Assembly (NCBI GenBank): GCA_030754595.1
Contig: JASLZZ010000129.1
Coordinates: 1-64,000 of the forward strand
DNA length: 64,000 nucleotides
Source of the DNA: Nitrospinota bacterium
GTDB taxonomy: Bacteria; UBA8248
Reading direction: 5' to 3'
This document shows, piece by piece, positions 40,373-50,898 of the stretch; within the stretch, counting starts at the first letter, position 1, and every line of letters begins with the position of its first letter. The position numbers and the translations under genes were made by a program. Under the pieces are notes generated by a model, which made no database searches, was not told where the DNA came from, and was given only the letters and a program-made list of their open reading frames with translations.

Positions 40373-40960
40373 ATGCGCACGGAAGACATGCTCAAAATCC
40401 TCCACCAGTACCGCGAGGACGCGATCGTCATACCCGGGCGGGGCGGAAACCATTGGATCAAAATGAGCACGAAACCCGAAAGGGATCTGGCCTTCAGGGG
40501 AACCGCGATGGGCGGCCGCTCCTCGTTCGCGCTCGGTCTCGCGCTCGCCCGCCCGGATGAAAAGATAATCCTGCTCGACTCGGAGGGCGACATTCTGATG
40601 GGTCTGGGGGCCTTGGCGACCATCGCGGATAAGCGCCCCAGTAATCTGTACCACTTCATACTGGACAATGAATGCTACGCCACGACCGGCGGGCAGCCGG
40701 TCCCCAACGCGAAGAAAATTCGATACGACCTCCTCGCGCAAGGGGCGGGCTATCCTTCCAGCCATGCCTTCGACGAGCTGGATGATTTTTCGAGCAATAT
40801 CGAGGCGATACTCAACGAACCGGGCCCGGTCTTCGTGAGCGCGAAAGTCGAGCCCGAGATCGTCAACGAACCCATCGCAACGCGAAGGCGCTGGCAAACC
40901 CGCTCGAACGAGCAGGTCATCGTCGATTTCAAAAACGCACTGGGTCCAAGGGCCGCCTAA
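40373..40960 (+). CDS. TPP-dependent decarboxylase beta subunit (ComE-like)
   Basis: AMGG..FALGLALARP, variant TPP motif DSEGDILM...DNECYATTGGQ. Confidence 0.85.
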   Translation: MRTEDMLKILHQYREDAIVIPGRGGNHWIKMSTKPERDLAFRGTAMGGRSSFALGLALARPDEKIILLDSEGDILMGLGALATIADKRPSNLYHFILDNECYATTGGQPVPNAKKIRYDLLAQGAGYPSSHAFDELDDFSSNIEAILNEPGPVFVSAKVEPEIVNEPIATRRRWQTRSNEQVIVDFKNALGPRAA

Positions 40961-41021
40961 GGGCAGCTCGTTTTTCAAAAACATCCCGCCCCGGCAAAAA
41001 AACCATTTGCCGGAGCGCTCG

Positions 41022-41588
41022 CTATTCCGGCTGCTCCCTCGGGGAGTCCGGCAACGCCTCGGCGTCGATGAGGATGAACGCGATCCGGCAGGGCGCATCG
41101 CTCCTGTTGGACCAGGCGTGATTCGTCCCCCGCTGGATAAGGACATCGCCGGGGCCCATTTTCGTCTCGCCGACGTCCATCATGGCGTACACCTCGCCCT
41201 TGAGTACGATGGCGTAGTCGAGGGTGCGCGTTTTGTGAAATCCGGGATGGCGGCTCGATGCGCCCGCCGCGTAGGCGCCCTCGCCCCCGTATTGGGAAGC
41301 GGTGCCCGCTCTGTCCATCCCGACCCCGAAGCGCACATCGTCGGGCGGCATGTCGATGATCCTGAAAACATTTCCCCGCTCCGGGGGATCGAGATTAACC
41401 GGCCTTTCGGCAGCGTCGGCGTCGCCCGCGTTCGAGGCCGGGGCACCGTCCGCCGCCCAGAGCTCATGCCAGATGAAGCCGGGGATGCCTTTGACTTCCA
41501 AGCTGTCCGGGGCCGCCCGATCCTCGAGTATCACCGACTCGCCCCGCTCGTTGTGCCCGGTGAGTATCCGCCTGAACGATTCGCTCAT
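41022..41588 (-). CDS. Cupin-domain protein
   Basis: RRILTGHNERG, FHKTRTLDYAIVLKGE, GDVLIQRGTNHAWSN. Confidence 0.9.
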   Translation of the reverse strand: MSESFRRILTGHNERGESVILEDRAAPDSLEVKGIPGFIWHELWAADGAPASNAGDADAAERPVNLDPPERGNVFRIIDMPPDDVRFGVGMDRAGTASQYGGEGAYAAGASSRHPGFHKTRTLDYAIVLKGEVYAMMDVGETKMGPGDVLIQRGTNHAWSNRSDAPCRIAFILIDAEALPDSPREQPE

Positions 41589-41660
41589 ATTATTATTCCT
41601 TAAGTGTATGGGTGGTCTAATTCAAAACCGCCGCTTCGATTGCGAGGGCCGGAAACGCCA

Positions 41661-43316
41661 CTAGGCGCTCGGAATAACCGGGGCGAACAGGTAGGAGCCC
41701 TCTGCCCCCTCGAGGATCGTGTTGTCCGCCTTGACGGGAAACGCCTCGTGATAACCGGGGCGCTCGATGACGGAGCCGCTGCTTGCGATCTCGAGTCTCA
41801 GGCGGTGACCCGGCTGAAATACGTTGCAGGTGGGGACCAGTTCTATCTCGAAAACCGCCTCCTCGCCCGGCGTAAGCGGCACCGACCGTTTGTGCGGGTG
41901 CCACGGGCGGCCGGGTTTGGAGCGTGATTCGTCCACCTCGCGGTGAGAGGCGCGAAGCCACCCCCTCGTCAGCATCCGGGCCGATCCGTCCGGCGCCTCG
42001 TCCATGAAGGCGATGAACCAGTCCACATCCTCGGCCGTCGATCGCGCCACAAGGCGAGGCGAAAGGGGGCCCGTTATTTCGAGCGGTTTATCCACCGGTT
42101 CCGAGCGATAGACGAGCTTCGGGCCTCCGAGGCACCAATCCTCCCCGAAAACGTCGGGCGAGTAGGTTCGCTCCCCGCCGCCGCCCGCCGAGAAGGAAAG
42201 CGTACCCTCCTCTCCCCCGGAGGGGCCGCCCCCGGCCGGGCCGCCCGAAAAGATCCGCGTCCATTCCGTGCGCTTGAGGGGCCACTCCTCCTCGCCGCGC
42301 CAATGGCCGTCGCCCCGGAGGTAGAGCTGAATCGGCGGGCCGTCCATCACCCCGGTGTCCATCCCCTTGAGCCAGTGGTCGTACCATCGCAGCGTCTCCT
42401 CGTGATAGGCCCCGAACGGGCGGCGGGGCTCGGGCTGGGGCCCGACCAGGATGCGCTTGGGAACATCCCCCACCCCCTCCCATCCCGTGAAGATGCCAGC
42501 CAGATGAAGCTACCAGAACGACCAATCGCAACCGAAGTAGACGGGGATGTTGACCTTATCGAGGTGCGGGCTAGGCGAGCGCCTCCAGTAATGCTCTCCG
42601 TCATAAGGATGAGAAAACGAGAGCCCCTCGTCGAACATATTCCGCAGGCCCGACGGATCTCCGAGCCGCCCGCTGGTCAGATTCAGAGCGGCCACCGCCG
42701 AGAACCACGTAGAGGCGAATCCCATATGAGGAACGCCGCCATGAGTCGAGCGGTGCCGGTACATGTCGGTGTATGCATCGTAGGGAAAGATCGCTTTCAA
42801 GGCCTCGGGCTGGTGAACCGCCGCCAGGAGCTGGGCCAGCGCGAAATAAGAACAATCGATCATTCCCACCGACCCGTTGCACCAGGGCTGCGCCGCGCAC
42901 CACTCGATGAGGTCGACATAGTCGGCCTGTTCTTTTTTCGCCTTGTCGTCGTAGCTGCCCTCCGAGTCGTTCGAGCCACGGCAGTCCACGATGACATGCG
43001 CATATCCCCGGGCCACCCAAAACTCCGTGATGCCCGCCTCGTTCTGGCCGATTGGCACCTCGGTGAGCTGAAGCCCCCGGGTGTAGGGCGATACGGAAAT
43101 AAGCGCCGGAAACTTTTGCCCGGCGGCGCGGGGTCGGTGGACATCCGCGGCGAGACGCACATCGTCGCGCATGGAAATCATCAGATCGTATTCCGAGAAA
43201 ATGTTGTAGGCCGGCTCCGAGCGCTCCCTGACCTCGGGCGGCGAATCGAAGGGCCACTGGGGCCAGACGGCCGGATGCACATGGCGAACGCTGTTTGGAT
43301 CCCAGACCGGCTTCAT
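41661..43316 (-). pseudogene. CocE/NonD-family hydrolase interrupted by an in-frame TAG
   Basis: MRDDVRLAADVHRP, DCRGSNDSEG, PWCNGSVGM..SY, C-terminal PepX-like domain (LTRGWLRASHR). ORFs 42510..43445 and 41661..42473 are the same frame: ...DWSFW*LHLAGIFTGW... Confidence 0.85.
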
Positions 43317-43471
43317 ATGACTGCCCACTAAGCCGCCCCCTCGATGAGGATAATCCGGAAGATGTGGTGACCCCGGCACTATACCAATACCGCCGGACCT
43401 TATCGAAGGGCCTGTATGACTGCGGCAGGTTTTCGGGCGTTCCATGAGTGGGATTTACGGGTCCCGCGGAT

Positions 43472-44672
43472 TCAGCTTTTCAGGGAGGCTTCGATTTCCC
43501 GCGCGAAGGCGATCAGCATTTCATCCGACCCCCTCGCGCCCAGAAGCGAAAGACCGACCGGCAGTCCATCCACCTCGGCCAGGGGCAGATTAATCTGGGG
43601 CGCGCCGAGCATTCCGGCGACGCAGGTCAGCGAGTTGTTCCGTGAGCGAAGAGCGGCGCGCGCCGAGAGGCTCTCGCCCACCGGGGGCGCCGGGGCCGCC
43701 GTCGTCGGCAGGCAGACGGCCGCGCTGCCCGAGAGCACCGGCTCCATGCGCTCGATAAAATCCGCCCGGACGGACCCGGCCGCCTCTATCTCGGCATCCG
43801 TGATCCTTGATGCGGCCGCATAACGCTCGGCCACGTCGAACTTCAGTCGCGGGTTGACGCGGTCGAGCCAGCCACGGGCCGACTCCCAGCTCTCCCGGTT
43901 CTGAAGACGCCATTGGTGCCCCTCAGCTCATCGAGGCTTGTCTCGCAAATCCGCTCGGCCGAAGAATCGCCAGTGAGAGAAGAGACCATCTCGACGGCCG
44001 GCTCGAGGGCGCCGGCAACCGCCCGCTCCGCCAACTCGAAGGCGTCCTCGGCGATGATGATGCGGCTTGGCCGCGCCTCCTGAATTTCGCTCCCGAGCAT
44101 CACCCCGCCGACCCGGGCGAAGGTCGCGGCGTCGCGCGCGAACCAGCCCACCGTGTCGAAGCTCGGCGCCTGAATCAGGATTCCGTCCAGCGGAATCCGC
44201 CCGTGGGTCGGCCGTAGGCCATAAAGACCGCAGAAGCTGGACGGAACGCGCACCGACCCGCCCGTGTCCGAGCCGAGCGCGAAATCCACAAGCCCGCCCG
44301 CCACCACCGAGGCCGAGCCGCTCGACGAGCCGCCGGAACCCGGCCCGGCGCGCGCGGGTTGACCGGCGTGTCGTAGTGGGCGATCTCACCGAAAATGCCG
44401 CGCGTGAGTTCGTCCGTGATCGTCTTGCCGGCCATCGTCGCCCCTGCTTCGACCAAGACACTGACCGCCCGGGCGGTTTTTTCCGCCGGCCCGTGAGTCG
44501 CCTTCCAGTCCGGATTCCCCCCGCCCGTCACGTGCCCCGCGACGACGAAAATATCCTTCGCCGTGAAGGTCAGGCCGGCGAGCGGCCCCTCCGCCGCCCC
44601 CTCGAGGTAAGCGTCGCTGTCCCTGCAGAATGCGCTCAACCGGTCATCGACAACCCGCCCGAAATTCGTCAC
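43472..44672 (-). pseudogene. Amidase-signature enzyme with two 1-nt frameshifts
   Basis: TAKD, GKTITDEL, GSDTGGSVRVP, GLRPTHG. PGGSSSGS is restored by +1 nt near 44333-44336; GHQWRLQNRESWE is restored by +1 G at 43919-43922. Confidence 0.85.
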
Positions 44673-45110
44673 GGATTTTTCACCTCCGGTGTCCTGTGTC
44701 CCACCTTTTTAACAGAACCATGCGCATCGGGCGTTCTCAAGGGGGGGGGCTGGGATGAACTCCGGAATTTTATCGGCGGGGAGGCATCCATCCGCGAGTT
44801 TGAGGGAGGCGTAGGGGGGTGCTAACTATCTATTCGAAGGTATCAGGTTCGAGTCGTGTCGGCGATTTCAGAATAAAAACACTTTGACGGCTATGACAAT
44901 TATTTCTCTATGCATTAGTAAGCCAAGAATAAGGCTCTAATGTAGGGATGCTATTTTGACTGTACGGAAGTGCCTTCACTGTTAGAGGTAGATTATAATT
45001 GACAAGAAAAGATGTTGGCCGAATGACCTGCCCCGCACAGACGGGGAGTAAATAACCTTCGCGCCTTAGATGGAAGATAATGTTCACCCGACTTAGACCA
45101 ACGGAGACGA

Positions 45111-46029
45111 TTACAAGCCCAACGCCTCTTCAAGTTTATTTATAAGGACTGAACGCCTCTTGTCATCCAGCGTGTTCAGATTCTGTTGCCGCCACCTGAC
45201 GGCCGGCAATTCGGCCACGTGTTCAAGACCGAGAAGTGGCCAGTCCGGCTCACCGCGTTCAAACGAAATCAGAAATTCCCGGTGGTCATCTGGCATGCTG
45301 CCAATCACGGTGTCAATTGTCGCTTCTCTTGCCGCCAGCAACGCGTCCAGTGTGACCGGCCGGTCTGTCATCCCGGCAAAGCCGCGCTCATATTCAAGGG
45401 AAATGTCTTTACGCCTCGGCGCAGCGACTTCATGCATCGGGCGGTCATGGCTGAGCAGGTAGACGATGAAGGCACGCCGGAGATTGTCATCAATGCCTTC
45501 ATTGGCTAACAGGCCACGCATATCAAAAAAATCGCGTGGATGCTGGCGGTTGAGGGCAGCCACGATTTTGCCGCCATAAAGGTCTGCGAAAGAAACCACC
45601 TGGATTTCGGCAAATCCGAACGTCTTTTCAACGGCAAGGGAAACGGTGCGCGTCTCCGGCTCGAAGGCGCAGCCGCGTAAGACAGGTGTCACCTCGATTG
45701 TGATCCGAACGCCGTTGCCACGCGCGAACAGTTTCGTCACTGCCCCTTCCTTGTTGGGGCTTGATGTGGTGAGGTCTTTTGCCGGAGATACAGACTGCGC
45801 CACTTCGGCTATCCGCTTCATCGTGGTGCCAATCGCCGCCAGCGACTCCTCACAGGATTTCACGGGCAGGTAGGTCAGGGTCAATGTCCACCGACAGGCG
45901 TGGCATGTTTCGGACAAACAGATTGATGGCCGTGCCGCCCTTCAAGGCAAAGCAGTCCTCATCTGCCACAAAGGGCAATAAACGGACCAGGAGCGTGACC
46001 TGTCTGCGGTATTGATCATTAAACGGCAC
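45111..46029 (-). pseudogene. AbiEii-family nucleotidyltransferase toxin (type IV TA), frameshifted
   Basis: GTG 46029 gives PFNDQYRRQV...FALKGGTAINLFVRNMPRLSVDID; one extra C (45878-45880) shifts away from LTYLPV...KIVAALNRQHPRDFFD. Confidence 0.88.
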
Positions 46030-46864
46030 CCAGATCCTCCGGCACGGTTATCCGGTGGACCGGATCAAACTTCCCGCCACGCACCAGCATGCGATCGCCT
46101 TTGCCGAGATCGACGGCATTCCGGTCGATCCTTTTGAGCCAGGCGGGTGAATGGCGATCAGCAAAGAAAAAAAACAACCGCTTTACCTTGACGCTGTGGC
46201 AATCGCTGAGAAGCTTTTGTAGTCGATTGGGGCTGAGACTGGCCAGTCCTTCAACCAGCTTGTCAACCACCTGGAAACTTTCTCGGTTTGGCAGATCATC
46301 GAGAAGCTCGAACAGTGCGCGCTCCGACGTCGAGACTGTCAGCGGCCAGTCCCATTGGCCCCAGGGCAATACATTCAGGCCGCCATGTATGAGATCGGTG
46401 CTCACGCTTTCATCGGTCATGACGTTCCAGTTCAAGCTGGCGAGGCCGCGCGTTACCGGGTCGTTGCGGAACAGCCGCGTGCTCTTGTGGAAGATAAAGC
46501 GTTGATTGAAAGGCAGTTTTCCCATCCAGGCGGGCAGAGGTTTTTGCCCATAAAGATGGACTTCCCGTTGTTCCTGCAAAAGAAAATGCGCATAGCCCTG
46601 AAGCTCCAGAGCCGTCCGGCCGCCGACAACGACGGGAAATTCGAGCATTGTCTGAAGGGAGATCACTACCTGTTCCCAGCGCAAATTACCCCGGCACCGT
46701 CGGAACACGCTGCGGGCAGGCTGTTCCAGCCAGCCCGCAGCGAGATACTGGGAGCGCAACGAAGTCGAATAGCCGTGTTTAGTCAGCCAGGCGGCCGTGA
46801 CTATCAGTCCCTCGGGGATTTGCTGGTCTAACCACTTTAATTTTGATGTATTTTGCTTAGTCAT
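46019..46864 (-). CDS. AbiEi-family antitoxin / transcriptional regulator (type IV TA)
   Basis: VGGRTALELQGYAHF, STSERALFELL, LQKLLSDCHSVKVKRLF, DLGKGDR; overlaps the toxin start. Confidence 0.9.
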   Translation of the reverse strand: MTKQNTSKLKWLDQQIPEGLIVTAAWLTKHGYSTSLRSQYLAAGWLEQPARSVFRRCRGNLRWEQVVISLQTMLEFPVVVGGRTALELQGYAHFLLQEQREVHLYGQKPLPAWMGKLPFNQRFIFHKSTRLFRNDPVTRGLASLNWNVMTDESVSTDLIHGGLNVLPWGQWDWPLTVSTSERALFELLDDLPNRESFQVVDKLVEGLASLSPNRLQKLLSDCHSVKVKRLFFFFADRHSPAWLKRIDRNAVDLGKGDRMLVRGGKFDPVHRITVPEDLGAV

Positions 46865-46963
46865 ACTATAGAAAATAGCATATTTTCAAAGAACAGCCGG
46901 GGATTACTTTGAATTAAAATAAATTTACTTAGCCAAACTATGTAAATTCGTTTACTTTTAAAG
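46852..46963. repeat. Two imperfect 40-bp direct repeats over the abiEi start/promoter
   Basis: 46852-46891 vs 46924-46963, 29/40 identical by hand alignment with no gaps. Confidence 0.6.
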
Positions 46964-47080
46964 TTAGTTATTTTGACATGCTATCCTAAGAAAGATGCGC
47001 AGATCGGACGGAATGATGCCTTTAAAATATTCCAGCGCGAACTATAAGTTCCCTCAAAATCATTGATTGTTTCCAAAACC

Positions 47081-47240
47081 CTAAACTTTTCGGATGTCCC
47101 TCAGCTTCGCCTCGAATTCCGGTTTGTCGATTTCGCCTTTGGCATAGCGCTTTTTCAGGATGTCCGCGGCAGTATCTCCGCCGCTAGAGGGTGAGATGGA
47201 ACCGCCCGAGCCGCCCAGAGCCAGCGGACGAGGACGACGC
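47081..47240 (-). pseudogene. Remnant of a small SHOCT-domain membrane protein
   Basis: GGDTAADILKKRYAKGEIDKPEFEAKLRDIRKV*; the preceding VVLVRWL TM end is in another frame; no convincing start. Confidence 0.65.
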
Positions 47241-47292
47241 ACCTCCCTCGCCCGGCAGGAGTTGCCCTTTGGCTGAAGCTGGCTCTGCCGTC

Positions 47293-47688
47293 TCAGGGAA
47301 GCGGCACAATCGCCTCGATCTCGACGAGGAACTCGGGGGCGGCGAGGGCCGAGATGATGAGCAGGGTGTTGGCGGGCGGGTCGCCCTTGAAGAATTCGCG
47401 GCGGACGGCGCCGACGGCGGGGCGGTCGTCTACGTTGGTGATGTAGACGGTGGTCTTGGCGATGTCCTCCATGCGCCCGCCGGCGCCCTCGACGACGGCC
47501 TTCAGGTTTTCGAGGACCTGGCGGGTCTGGCCCGCGGCGTCGCCGACGCAGACGATGGTGCCCTCCTTGTCGCGGGCGGTCTGGCCGGCGACGTAGAGGG
47601 TGCGCCCGGTTTCGACGATGACGCCGTGGGAGTAGGTGTTGCCGGCGGGCTCGAATACGCTGGGGGGCTGATAGGTTGTGCGTTTCAT
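47293..47688 (-). CDS. RidA/YjgF/UK114 family protein
   Basis: YSHGV, LYVAGQ, PPANTLL, LVEIEAI. Confidence 0.92.
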   Translation of the reverse strand: MKRTTYQPPSVFEPAGNTYSHGVIVETGRTLYVAGQTARDKEGTIVCVGDAAGQTRQVLENLKAVVEGAGGRMEDIAKTTVYITNVDDRPAVGAVRREFFKGDPPANTLLIISALAAPEFLVEIEAIVPLP

Positions 47689-48104
47689 GGCGTTTTCTCC
47701 TTCCCCTAGCAGGGGGGCATGGCCCCCCTGCGGGGGGATTTTGGGTGGGAGCGCCTAGCGGTGCTCACCTTTCGCTGCCCACGATATGATAAAGCCACCT
47801 TTGAGTAGATTTCGCAGGTCGATGCCGTTCGCAGGGCCTATGCCCTTCCGCAGGACCAGCTAACGCTGCCCAAAGTAGTTGAATATCTTTTCTACGCTGT
47901 CTGCCAGGGCTACGCCATCTCCGGTGGGGTGTGTGCCGCCCGCCGGGCTTTTGGCACGCCGTCCGCAGAACTATGCCGTCCGCTGGTGGGAAGCACGCTC
48001 CCCCGTCTGCGCAGGACCAGTTGGCGCTGTGCCCGATAGCGCTGTGAACATTATTCACTAGCCAATCTGGCGAGTTCCCACATTTCACAAGTCTACGCCG
48101 TCCG

Positions 48105-48479
48105 CTAAAACACTTTGCCGGTGGCGTCGGCGGCCGGGCTTTTCATGATGATGGCGGTCATGGGGGCGCCGAGGGCGGCGGTCTTGTGCTCGAGGCCCGA
48201 GGGGATGTAGGCGAGGGCGCCGGGGAACAGCTCCTGGCGCTCGCCATGGGTCTCGGTGTAGCCCCGGCCCTCGAGGACCCAGATGACCTCTTCCTGGCCC
48301 GGATGGCTGTGGGGTTCGTGGGGGGTGTCGGGATCGTACTCGGTCACCCCGACGCGGATGTGCTCGGCGAGAGCGAGTCCGGGGCCGGTGGCGGTGGGCC
48401 CGACGAGAATCTTGGAGCGGCCCCAGGCGACCGGGGCGAAGGGAACTTTGTCAATCGTAACCATTTTTTTATCAGTCAT
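48105..48479 (-). CDS. Cupin-domain protein
   Basis: HSHPGQEEVIWVLEG, YIPSGLEH. Confidence 0.88.
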   Translation of the reverse strand: MTDKKMVTIDKVPFAPVAWGRSKILVGPTATGPGLALAEHIRVGVTEYDPDTPHEPHSHPGQEEVIWVLEGRGYTETHGERQELFPGALAYIPSGLEHKTAALGAPMTAIIMKSPAADATGKVF

Positions 48480-48561
48480 TTGAACTCCGTTTTCAAGAAA
48501 ATATATGAGCGATGAACCCGGGATATCACCGGATAGGACGCAGGGGCACTCCAGGCCCCGG

Positions 48562-49611
48562 CTAGGCCAGCCGCCGGCGGATGGCCTCCCCGCACTGGCG
48601 GGTGGAGATGCTGCCGCCGATGTCGGCGGTGCGCTCGCCGGCCTCGATGGCCCCCTCGACCGCCCCGCGGATCGAGGCGGCGCCCGCCGCGCAGCCCAGG
48701 TGGTCCAGGAGCAGGGCCGCCGTCAGCGTCGCGGCCACAGGGTTTGAGATGCCCTGCCCAAAGATGTCCGGGGCGCTGCCGTGGACGGGCTCGAACATCG
48801 AGACCCCCCCCATGTTGAGGTTGGCGGAGGGGGCGAGCCCCACCCCTCCCACCAGGGCCGAGGTGATGTCGCTCAAAATATCGCCAAACATGTTCTCCGT
48901 CACAACGATGTCGAAATCCGCCGGATGGCGGATCAGTTCCATCGCCACGGCGTCCACATGCATGGCGTTGGTCTCGATTGTGGGAAAATCGGCCTTCACC
49001 TCCTCCCAGGCCCGCCGCCAGACGGGGCCCGCGAATTTAAGCCCTCCCGCCTTATCGGCCACCGTGACCTTCCGCCTCCCGTGGCGCTCGGCGAATTCGA
49101 AAGCGGCGCGAATCACCCGCTCGACCCCCTTATAGGTGTGAACCTCCTCCTGGAGAGCCACCTCGTCCGGGGTGCCCCGCTTGAATATTCCCCCCACATT
49201 GGCGTAGAGGCCCTCCGTGTTCTCCCGGAAAATCACATGGTCGATTTCGCCCCTTCCCCTGCCTTTGAGCGGCGTGAGGTCTTCGTGGTAGAGGCGGCAG
49301 GGGCGAACGTTGGCGTAGGCATCGAGGCCGTTTCGCATATTCATGATGACCTGCTCCTGGACGATTGAGCCAGGGATTCGCGGATCCCCGATGGCGCCTT
49401 GAAACAAGGCGTCGAAACCCTCGCAGATGGTTTCGGGGGCGTCCTCGGGCATCCCCCGCCCCTCTCGCAGGTAGCGCTCGCTCCCCCAGTCGAAGTGCGT
49501 GAATTCGATGGGAAATGAGGCGGCCGCCGCCGCTGCGAGAAGCGTCTCCTCCGCCTCGGGCATCACTTCGTTCGCAATTCCGTCCCCGCGCACCACCGCT
49601 ATTTTGACCAT
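48562..49611 (-). CDS. Isocitrate/isopropylmalate/tartrate dehydrogenase family protein
   Basis: GDGIA.EV, ANVRP, RENTEGLY, ENMFGDILSD, MFEPVHGSAPDI. Confidence 0.92.
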   Translation of the reverse strand: MVKIAVVRGDGIANEVMPEAEETLLAAAAAASFPIEFTHFDWGSERYLREGRGMPEDAPETICEGFDALFQGAIGDPRIPGSIVQEQVIMNMRNGLDAYANVRPCRLYHEDLTPLKGRGRGEIDHVIFRENTEGLYANVGGIFKRGTPDEVALQEEVHTYKGVERVIRAAFEFAERHGRRKVTVADKAGGLKFAGPVWRRAWEEVKADFPTIETNAMHVDAVAMELIRHPADFDIVVTENMFGDILSDITSALVGGVGLAPSANLNMGGVSMFEPVHGSAPDIFGQGISNPVAATLTAALLLDHLGCAAGAASIRGAVEGAIEAGERTADIGGSISTRQCGEAIRRRLA

Positions 49612-49777
49612 GAATTGATTCCCGATTGGATGAAAGACGATTGAACCAGTAGGACCGCATTCTGGCAGAGGTCAACACTCCCCATCAAGGCCCCAGTGGC
49701 TTCCGTAAGAGCCCGCGGGAAGCTATCATGCGGCATTCAAGTCTCTACCGCGAATAATTCAGGCAAGGAGAACTTAC

Positions 49778-50875
49778 ATGGTCGAGTCCACCCCTCTGCC
49801 CGAGGGCACAGTCCGATTTCCGCACGAGATGATCCACCAATTCACCAATGCGGTTTTCCGTTCGAAGGAAATTCCCGACGAAGACGCCAAATTGGTCGCC
49901 GATGTGCTCACTAGCGCCGACCTGCGGGGAGTCAGGAGCCACGGCGCGGGGAGAATTCCATTTTTCATGGTGCGACTCGAAAATTGCGTGATTAACAAAA
50001 ACCCGAATATGGTTTTCACGCCGGGCAGCGACACGACAGGCGTCCTCGACGCAGACGGCGGACTCGGCATTGTTGCCTCAAACCGCGCAATGGACGAGGC
50101 CATGGCGCGGGCCGACAAACACGGCTGCGGATTTGTATCAGTGATGAACAGCAGCCACTTCGGCTACTGCGGTTACTGGTCGATGAAGGCCATGAAAGAG
50201 GGATATATCGGAATCAGCATGACAAACGGTGGGCGCCGGGGGACGGCCACCTACGGGATTGACCCGCTTTTCGGGACAAATCCATTCAGTATCGGTATCC
50301 CCGGCGGGCCGGGAGGCCATGACTTTCATCTTGACATGGCCACCTCGATCGTTGCCGTCGGAAAAATCGAGACCGCCCTTAGGGAGGGCCGCGAGGTCCC
50401 CAAGGACTGGATCCCCAGCAGCTACGGCCCCCCGAAACTGAACGAGCGAAGCATCCTTACGCACGACGTTCCCGTCCTCCCGCTGGGTGGTGAGGGCATG
50501 GAAGGCGGAGGCCATAAAGGCTATGGACTTTCGCTAATGGTGGAACTCCTCTGCAGCATCCTGTCGGGAGGGAATTTGAAGGATCGCATCGCGGGCGCGG
50601 CTGGGGAGGCACGGCCCGGTACCGGTCATTTCTTCGGCGCCATCAAGGTCGAGGGATTCCGTGATGCGGCGAGCGTTTTTGGTCAGATGGCTGAGACATT
50701 TGACATTATTCGAAATTCTCGAAAAGAGCCGGGCCAGGACCACATTTATATTCACGGAGAGCCCGAGGCCATCGCCGAGGAGGAAAACAGACGTATCGGA
50801 ATCCCAATCACTCCGGCCGTGCTAGAGCAAATCCATTTACTCAACGATCAGTTGCAACTCGGTTTCGAATTATAA
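49778..50875 (+). CDS. Type 2 malate/L-lactate/sulfolactate dehydrogenase (Ldh_2) family oxidoreductase
   Basis: ADLRGVRSHG, SSHFG, GTNPFS, LDMATS, GGHKGYGL. Confidence 0.92.
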   Translation: MVESTPLPEGTVRFPHEMIHQFTNAVFRSKEIPDEDAKLVADVLTSADLRGVRSHGAGRIPFFMVRLENCVINKNPNMVFTPGSDTTGVLDADGGLGIVASNRAMDEAMARADKHGCGFVSVMNSSHFGYCGYWSMKAMKEGYIGISMTNGGRRGTATYGIDPLFGTNPFSIGIPGGPGGHDFHLDMATSIVAVGKIETALREGREVPKDWIPSSYGPPKLNERSILTHDVPVLPLGGEGMEGGGHKGYGLSLMVELLCSILSGGNLKDRIAGAAGEARPGTGHFFGAIKVEGFRDAASVFGQMAETFDIIRNSRKEPGQDHIYIHGEPEAIAEEENRRIGIPITPAVLEQIHLLNDQLQLGFEL

Positions 50876-50898
50876 GCGACCAGCCGAAATCCACGACT

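Noticed and set aside
44839..44870. GGTTCGAGTC resembling a tRNA T-loop at the edge of the AT-rich AbiE patch
   Set aside because: The T-stem pairs at only 3 of 5 positions and there is no CCA; too degenerate to call an att site
47765..48088. 107-aa minus-strand ORF and an alternative frame with an internal TAG
   Set aside because: No recognisable family; probably a gene remnant or non-coding DNA
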